Shown piece by piece: positions 1 through 6,300 of a stretch of 8,316 nt of DNA. Source of the stretch: Takakia lepidozioides (lineage: Eukaryota > Plantae > Bryophyta); contig JAKLZA010000088.1 of assembly GCA_030704615.1 (NCBI GenBank), forward strand, positions 1 through 8,316, in the 5' to 3' direction. Each line of letters begins with the position of its first letter. Position 1 is the first letter of the stretch. The notes beneath the pieces are model-generated. The model was not told the DNA's origin, made no database searches, and worked only from the letters and a program-made list of their open reading frames with translations. The translations under genes and the position numbers were made by a program.

Positions 1-86
1 CCATACTTCAAGGCAGGTCTAATAACGCGACAAAGCATGGTTTTCTTAACCTCAGAGTTGACCCCTCTGCAGGGGGGCTGCTATTT

Positions 87-123
87 CATGAGCCATGAGC
101 CATGAGCGGCATGAGCCATGAGC
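87..123. repeat. Tandem heptamer CATGAGC x5 (sixth copy at 147-153)
   Basis: CATGAGC at 87, 94, 101, 110 and 117. Confidence 0.9.
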
Positions 124-187
124 AGAGTCGTAAGTGTGGAAAAAAACATGAGCAGCACTATTTTCCGGAAATGAGTGTCCGCGGGAA

Positions 188-200
188 TAGGGTTTAGGGT
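188..200. promoter_or_regulatory. Plant telomere-like / telo-box motif (TAGGGTTTAGGGT; AAACCCTA on minus strand)
   Basis: About two units of the TTTAGGG repeat; function not shown. Confidence 0.4.
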
Positions 201-421
201 GCCACGGTCATAGGGGGAGAAGGACCTCCCGATGAAGGAGGTTCGGCAATGTTATTTAGAATTATATATTGAAAGGCAATGTTTCGCGAATGGTAGGGTG
301 GTACTGCTCTGTACAATGGGGGCCCATTTCAGCCTACCAGCCATTTGCAAAATTCACCCACACTCCCAATCCCAAACGAAATGAGCAATGACGCATTCTC
401 GGAACGATGGACACAGAATAG

Positions 422-452
422 AATAAAAAGAGGGCACAATGAGGTTTTTATT
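422..452. terminator. Inverted pair of AATAAA poly(A)-like signals
   Basis: AATAAAAA at 422-429 and TTTTTATT at 445-452; the minus-strand signal is about 125 bp downstream of the paralog A stop. Confidence 0.4.
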
Positions 453-574
453 GATCCACATGAATTGCATTTGAAGCACGTCTACTGTGCTGATTGTGCC
501 CTCAAATCTTGAGCCTGTGCCTACTGAATACAAGTCACGTTGTCAATGGGACTTCGACTGCTCTCAGAACTAGC

Positions 575-1207
575 TCATGAGTCATGGGGCTCCTCCATGT
601 AAAGTCGATTGCAGCCGTTGTACCGCCCCCTAGTGATGTTCACCACAATGTCCTGCCCTTCAATCATACCACCATCGAATATGGAAATCTTCACGTTTTC
701 GTCGTCCACACCAATGCGAATGTCCCATACAATGGAGAAGAGGAGCGCACTCCTCGAGGAGAATAGGTCTCTCCGATGGAGTCCACCCACGTCCAGTGGC
801 AGCAGTTCCACCGCAATAGCATAGCAGTGCGCCTTCTTCTGCATGGGTGACCGTCGTAGCTGGGAAAATCGGAATCGAGGATGCGCAGGAGCCACGGACT
901 CCTCAAACCAAGATCGTCACCCCGCTCGAAGGCGTAGTGGCCTACGATATACTCAAAAGCCACCAATGTTCCACAATCGAACCAGTATCTTCTGTGTAAT
1001 CTGTGTACCAGATAATAATGTTCCCGATGTGGCCGAATACATTGCATAATCGATGCCTCCAAAGGGGCAGTCGTCCCGGTTCCGGAAGCACGGCATCCTT
1101 GCAAAGGAGGACCTGAGGACGACTTGGATGCCGATGACCTTGCGGACAGCTACGAAGCCCTTAGATTTTGGAAATGATACGAAGCGGAAGAGCAGTCCGG
1201 CCTCCAA
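575..1207 (-). CDS. Uncharacterised ~200-aa protein, paralog A (frameshifted; start uncertain)
   Basis: Stitched from ORFs 953-1207, 691-1104 and 575-895 plus a short third-frame segment: VLRSSFARMPCFRNRDDCPFGGIDYAMY..SG.IIIW..EYIVGHYAFERG..LRILDSDFPSYDGHP..RTAMLLRWNCCHWT..PLYG-DIRIG..ISIFDGGMIEGQDI. It is colinear with paralog B, and a minus-strand AATAAA lies at 452-447. Confidence 0.62.
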
Positions 1208-1327
1208 TAATGGAGCATCTGGGTCACACGTACCACCGACGGAGGGAGGTGGAACGTGTTCATCACGCCAGCGGTGGATGAAGCATACATCTTTCTCATC
1301 AACAAGTTATAGTTTGAGATCTGCCAC

Positions 1328-1391
1328 CGAAGTCCATCCCCCCGGATGGAAATTCGGCGCCGCATTTACATCGAAGAGGGGATGGACTTCG
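1328..1391. repeat. 64-bp hairpin with perfect 14-bp outer arms enclosing a copy of the palindrome
   Basis: CGAAGTCCATCCCC (1328-1341) pairs with GGGGATGGACTTCG (1378-1391); the inner segment is GATGGAAATTCGGCGCCGCATTTACATC. Confidence 0.9.
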
Positions 1392-1525
1392 TCGTGTCCA
1401 GTGGCTATCGGCCCACCTGGCAGTGACTGCCCATAGTTTGCATGGCAGGGTAGGAAACTGAAACGGCTACATTCATGCAGCAGCCAATCTTCATCGGTCC
1501 AGGATCCTGTAGGGGGGAAATTTAA

Positions 1526-2199
1526 ATGTGCCCTGGAGTGTTTGTGAGGAATTGCAGCGTTAGCTTGAACTTTTTCCAGCCACCGCGCTGCTCCTCCTCC
1601 ATCCGGGAGCTGCTGTCATTGAGCGTACTCCGCTACTCTTTTTCAAGGATGCCGTGCCGCCGAAATCCAGCCGACTGCCCTTATCATGGCCACGATTATG
1701 CTATGTTCAAACCAGAATCAGGAGACATCATTGTCTGGTTCTCTGTTTTCACAGACGCTGCTGGAATCAAGCAAGAGTCTTTGCGCGCAATGGAGTATCT
1801 GGAGGCTATTACCGCTTTGAGCGAGGTAAGGGCGAGGGTCAATGCGGTCCGGGGTCCTGAAAATTGTTGACCTCGATATACCAAGCTGGAAAGGGATGCC
1901 GGATAGATCACGCACGGCCTCGCTTTGGCGCTGGAACTGCTGCCAGTGGACCAGGGGGACGGCACAGGGGAAGGGAAAACTATATACGTGCAGATCACTC
2001 CGCTCTTCCAGTGTATGGAGACATTCGGCTGCGTTGCGAAGACGAATCGCACGGGCACATGAGGCCCACAGTGACCTTGTCAATGTATGATGGTGGTATC
2101 ATTGATGGACATGACATTTCGTCGGCTCCAGCAAGGCAGCAGAACGACCGAATTGCAGTTTTACCTCGAGGTGCCGCAGCAGTGATGAGCTTGTTTTGA
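1526..2199 (+). CDS. Uncharacterised ~200-aa protein, paralog B (frameshifted; start uncertain)
   Basis: Stitched from ORFs 1526-1870, 1654-1860, 1842-2090 and 1864-2199: VLRYSFSRMPCRRNPADCPYHGHDYAMF..SGDIIVW..EY..GYYRFERG..LKIVDLDIPSWKGMP..RTASLWRWNCCQWT..PVYGDIRLR..LSMYDGGIIDGHDI. AATAAA follows at 2298-2303. Confidence 0.62.
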
Positions 2200-2297
2200 G
2201 GGGTATCGAAGTTCCGTCGACTTGGTGAAGCCCATGTAGAAGGAGGAAGGGCTTAGTTTTGTCTGCAGTTGGTAAATGTGAGACATCGTGTCCGATC

Positions 2298-2303
2298 AAT
2301 AAA
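2298..2303 (+). terminator. Putative poly(A) signal of paralog B
   Basis: AATAAA about 100 bp after the stop at 2199, followed by GT-rich sequence. Confidence 0.35.
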
Positions 2304-2486
2304 CCCATCGTACCTCACTTCTGTATGATTGTGTTTCATTGTGTTGAACTGTCGGAATTGGCCCACTGTTTACAATTTGATGTCTCATTTCTACAATGTG
2401 TCTGTCCGGATGAATATAGCAGAGTAAACCGGTATGTGAGTCAGTGTCAAGAAATATACCAGAGTAACGCCATGTCGGGACATTGA

Positions 2487-3205
2487 AAATGCGGCGCCGC
2501 ATTTCCATGCGGGGATCGAAATGCGGTGCCGCATTTCCATGTCCGACAAGAAAATGCGGTGCATCATTTCCGTCCAGGTACACGAAATACCAACACGGGT
2601 CTATAAATTGATCAGAAAACGAGGTGGTTGGCATTGCAAATGCGGCGACGCATTTCCAGCTTGGCAATGGAAACTTCTTTTTGGACAAGGGAATGCGGTG
2701 CCGCATTTCCGTACAACACTTCGAAAAGTGTGACATTTTCCGACCAGCGCGTGGAATGCGTTACCGCATTTCCGAGAGAGGGTCTGCAAATGGACAAATT
2801 GCGATGTCCGTTCTGGAAATGCGGCGCCGCATTCCCATGTCCGTCATCGATTTTTTTTTGACAATGGAATGCGGTGCCAATTTTTTGCTGATGGGCCTGC
2901 AGTTCGAACAACGACCATACCCAATACTGAAATGTGGCACGCATTTTCAATCCGCCATGTCGACCTCCTTGTTCGACCTCGTTGTTCGACCTCTGTAAGC
3001 GTGGTGGCATCCATGCGGGAGAGGCCAAAACTGGCGTGTGGACAAAGGAAATTTTGGAAATGCGGCACCGCATTCCAATTCAGATTACTTTACTATGCCA
3101 ACATTGAAATGGAAAATGTAGTCCCTCCCCGTTTTGGAAATGCGGTGCCGCATTTCCAAAGAGGGTTCTTAGAGTTCCCTGTTTTTAAAATGCGGTGCCC
3201 CATTT
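2487..3205. repeat. Array of 12 palindromic 18-bp repeats, consensus (GG)AAATGCGG-YR-CCGCATTT(CC)
   Basis: Core starts at 2487, 2519, 2552, 2638, 2691, 2754, 2817, 2867, 2930, 3058, 3138 and 3188. The 3138 copy extends to a 28-bp near-perfect palindrome (3133-3160). Confidence 0.95.
2958..2993. repeat. Short ~13-bp tandem repeat (TGTTCGACCTC core) x3 within the palindrome array
   Basis: tgtcgacctcct tgttcgacctcgt tgttcgacctc. Confidence 0.7.
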
Positions 3206-3318
3206 CTGATTTTGGGAGCGTCGTGGTTTGGGCGATTGTGTGGCTGGAATGCACACTGGAGAGGGGTCACGAATGTCGGGCAGAATTTCCTTTATATACT
3301 CTGGAAGAGAATTTACAT

Positions 3319-6300
3319 TTACAGAGACTTCATTAAAATTCTATTATCTTGAAAATCATCCGAATCCTCATCCTGTTCTAGACTGTCCTGCTCCTCCTCC
3401 ACCCCCCCAGTGCCTCTCTCATCTCCAGCGGACTGCTCGTTGGCCAGGCTTTCGAAAATCCCATCTTCCCCTTGCGGAACTGTCCATCTCACCTCCGTTG
3501 GGTCGCCTTCCTCCTGTCTGCGTCGCTCTCATCCGCTGAATCACATATGTACTTTCGTACCCGTCTACCTGTCTGAGCTGCTGCCAACTCTTTCTTATCC
3601 TTCTGTCCTCCCTAGCCCTCTCCAAAATCTGCTCTACTTTACTGGGATTCTCACTTCTTCTAATCGCTGTATTTGCGAGTTTAGCTGCATAACTAGGAGG
3701 GAGTAGTCCCTCACCGGGCTCGTCATGAAATCGGCCCTCGCAAAGAACGGGACATTCTTCCTGGCAGGAAGTGTAGGCCCTACATGTTTCGACCCGGACC
3801 CTGCAATCCTGCACATGACAATCATCAACGAGACTAATGAGAACCACAGTCGGGAAATTCGTTGACATAAATGACCCAGAAGGCTTTGCAAACTTACAAT
3901 GTTTGCACTCACTCGTATTCCGGGTTCTCCTCCGCATCAATGTCCACTGTGTCTTCCTCGGACTCCGACGAATCCGATGAGACTTCCGCTCTGTCGGAGC
4001 CTTCACATTCCGTTGCAAGCCCCTCCAGATGGGATCCCCACACGGATGAATCCTCCTCGTAGGCAAAGAGGTGCCGGTCGGAAACCCGCCCAGCCCACAT
4101 TGAGGCACTTGTTACAATGCCATCCACACATTACCACATGGCGCTTCAGATGTTGCGAACTACATCCTAACGAGAATTTGCAGAACAGCAGAGATCAAGA
4201 TTCTGCATACCTGTCCCACAGATGAGGTCGAGCACTTGCCCTCCACGTCTGTGCATGTCTCCATAAATTGTCTGAATGAAGGCAGGGCTCCGAGTCCGTG
4301 AGTACCGCAGGGGTTCCGTTGAAGTGAGGCTATGAGGGAGAAGTTCCTTGGGAAACATTGTTGAACAGAACGTCGTAATCGAGGGGGTCGCAGTTCGGGT
4401 CAACCTTCCTCCTCTTCCGGAAAGCAAAGGTGGAGTTCTTCTTCACAAAGCAGTATGCATCGAACTGCTTCGTCTGTTACACAGGGGGAGAGAGGAAGGG
4501 AGAAAACGCTTAGAAACCGAAGCGGCACCGCATTTGAAAACACCCAGCAAATGAATGGCGGACGAGTGCCAGTGTCGTAATCACTTTTCCTTCCGACCGA
4601 AAGGCCCAGTGTGTTGATGCACGTCCACTCTTTTTCAGAATCGGGACGGCGCTCTTGCGGGTCCACTTGCAATTCCTGTCTGAGTGTTTTTTCCTCTGCT
4701 CGCCAGGACAACCACACAGCCTCTGTCGTCCCACACCATGCGGGCAAGCCCGAATCCTTTCTTCCAAAAGGTCCTCCGAGTACCTGTTCCAAGATGGCAA
4801 AGCTTGCAGTCCTTCCACATGCTCTCCGTCCGGAATATCCCAAGATGATCATATCGCAAGACCACTCGGTGGCATTTCCGCCCCTCCTACAATCCTTGTC
4901 TGCACACACCCTCTCAAAGAACGAGACCATATTCTGAAATCCTGGGGTGTCGGAAGGCTCTTCGGCAGTCGCCTTTCTTCAGTGCTCTGCCTTCAGACCC
5001 CCATGGTCTTCAGTATGCCAACTTGGCTGCCCGCCATCCAAAGCCGCCAAGAAACTCTCATTTACACACTGGCTACAGTTTCGGGAGCCACTTTCGGCTC
5101 TTCATTCCACCGGCTCGAAAAGGGTGCCCCCTGGGGGGGTTGAAGAGTGCCTTCTTTGCCGAGCCAGTTCTCGTGCCTCTCGTGACAACGGTGGGCATAG
5201 GGGAGGCAGCCTGCGTTTGGGGGGGTGGGCTGGTTGCAAAGTCTCCATCGGAGTCCTCTTCCTCACCCTCTTCCTGAACAGGCTGTTTCTGCTTCTTCGT
5301 TTTGGCGGGGTGTATGTCACAACAGCAGCTGCTCCTTGCTGGCGAGTCCTCTTCTTCGACCCTTCTGTTGGGCCTGCACAGCTGCATTCCACCGTCTTTT
5401 GTGCCATCTCAGCGCTCTTATGATTCTTCCAGAGCAGCAGATTCCTTTGCCGACTTTGGCCCAGCAGGGACACGTCTTTCCTTTCTCTTTTTCTGCAAGG
5501 CGTGCAGATCTTTCTCAGACTCGTCAACAATACCGCCAGACATGCCAGGTACCAACGGGCATCCAACGAGATGCGCGGGATGCATTGTTTTCTGCATCTC
5601 GGGGTGTAGACACAAGCTTGGGCCCGCCACGGTCCAAGCCATGAAGAACGGGGGCTCTTGAGCCAGGGCCCCTGTCTGAAGGAGCAGTATTTCATATACC
5701 TGCAAGGCAGTTGCATGCGTGAGCAAAAGTTGAGACCAACCTACTGGCAGAGTGCCACCGAAAACATAAAATGCGAATGCGGTGCCGCATTTCTGAGACA
5801 AACCTCGTAACCAGGCTTCGCATACAAGGGCAGCTGTGCTTCACCTGTAAACAATTCGCATTGCAGCTTTCCCCGCTCCCTCTGATGTGTAAACTCCACG
5901 CTCTCTTGCTTGTCTGTAGCTCTCTAGCGAAAAGTTGTCCTTGTACGCACATTTGAAACGTGTCACGTAGTCTTCCAATGTCTGTGTTCCATCCCATTTG
6001 ATGTACAAGCCGAACGAATTTGTGTGCATTACGACTTGCTCCTTCGCATTCGACATTACCTGCATTCCAAACATTGTCACGTAGCAGTTCAGGGAATTCA
6101 TGTCAGAAAAGCAAATCTGGGGAAGTACTTGAATTTACCTGGAACCACAAGTCATACGGTTGAGCCACACATCCACTGCAGGGTCGGAAACTTCCAGTGG
6201 AAAAGACCACATTGTCTTATGCTCTCGGATGCATTCCAGATCGACAGCCACCGTGTCTGCCATTTCCGATCCAATGTCAGGAGCTGGAAGAGAGTGGCTA

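Larger units (their letters stand above)
4050..4860 (-). other. Beta-class N4-cytosine/N6-adenine methyltransferase-like domain (N6_N4_Mtase / PF01555-type motif order), split by two introns
   Basis: Motif IV-like DMIIL-DIPDG (DIPDG at 4839-4825, after removing one extra G at ~4840) lies N-terminal to the SAM-binding motif I VLDLICGT-G (4235-4211). Motif I is followed by ASMWAGRVSDRHLFAYEED, equivalent to the usual 'G..T..AA...GR..IG.E' segment, and an intermediate 'DDRGCVVV' strand is present. Confidence 0.72.

Noticed and set aside
188-200. True telomere
   Set aside because: Only about two repeat units, and they are internal.
1210-1520. Extra upstream exon of paralog A (acceptor-like CCCCCCTACAG ending at 1507 on the minus strand)
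   Set aside because: The reading frame is interrupted, there is no homology to paralog B and no donor exon can be identified; left unresolved.
2487-2504. Identity with canonical bacterial parS (TGTTTCACGTGAAACA)
   Set aside because: No sequence similarity; the analogy is only architectural (clustered palindromes next to a ParB-domain gene).
2971-2993. GTTCGA B-box-like motif suggesting a tRNA or SINE
   Set aside because: No A-box or cloverleaf; it is part of a 13-bp tandem repeat.
2487-3205. CRISPR array
   Set aside because: Spacers are highly variable (14-110 bp), repeats are short and degenerate, copies also occur dispersed in introns, no cas genes are visible and the context is eukaryotic.
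2296-3336. ORFs with recurring MRCRIS/KCGAAF/NAAPHF peptides on both strands
   Set aside because: These are translations of the palindromic DNA repeat in all frames, not proteins.
4348-5661. Plus-strand ORFs of 68-162 aa
   Set aside because: Antisense shadows of the minus-strand ParB-MTase exons, with no recognisable motifs.
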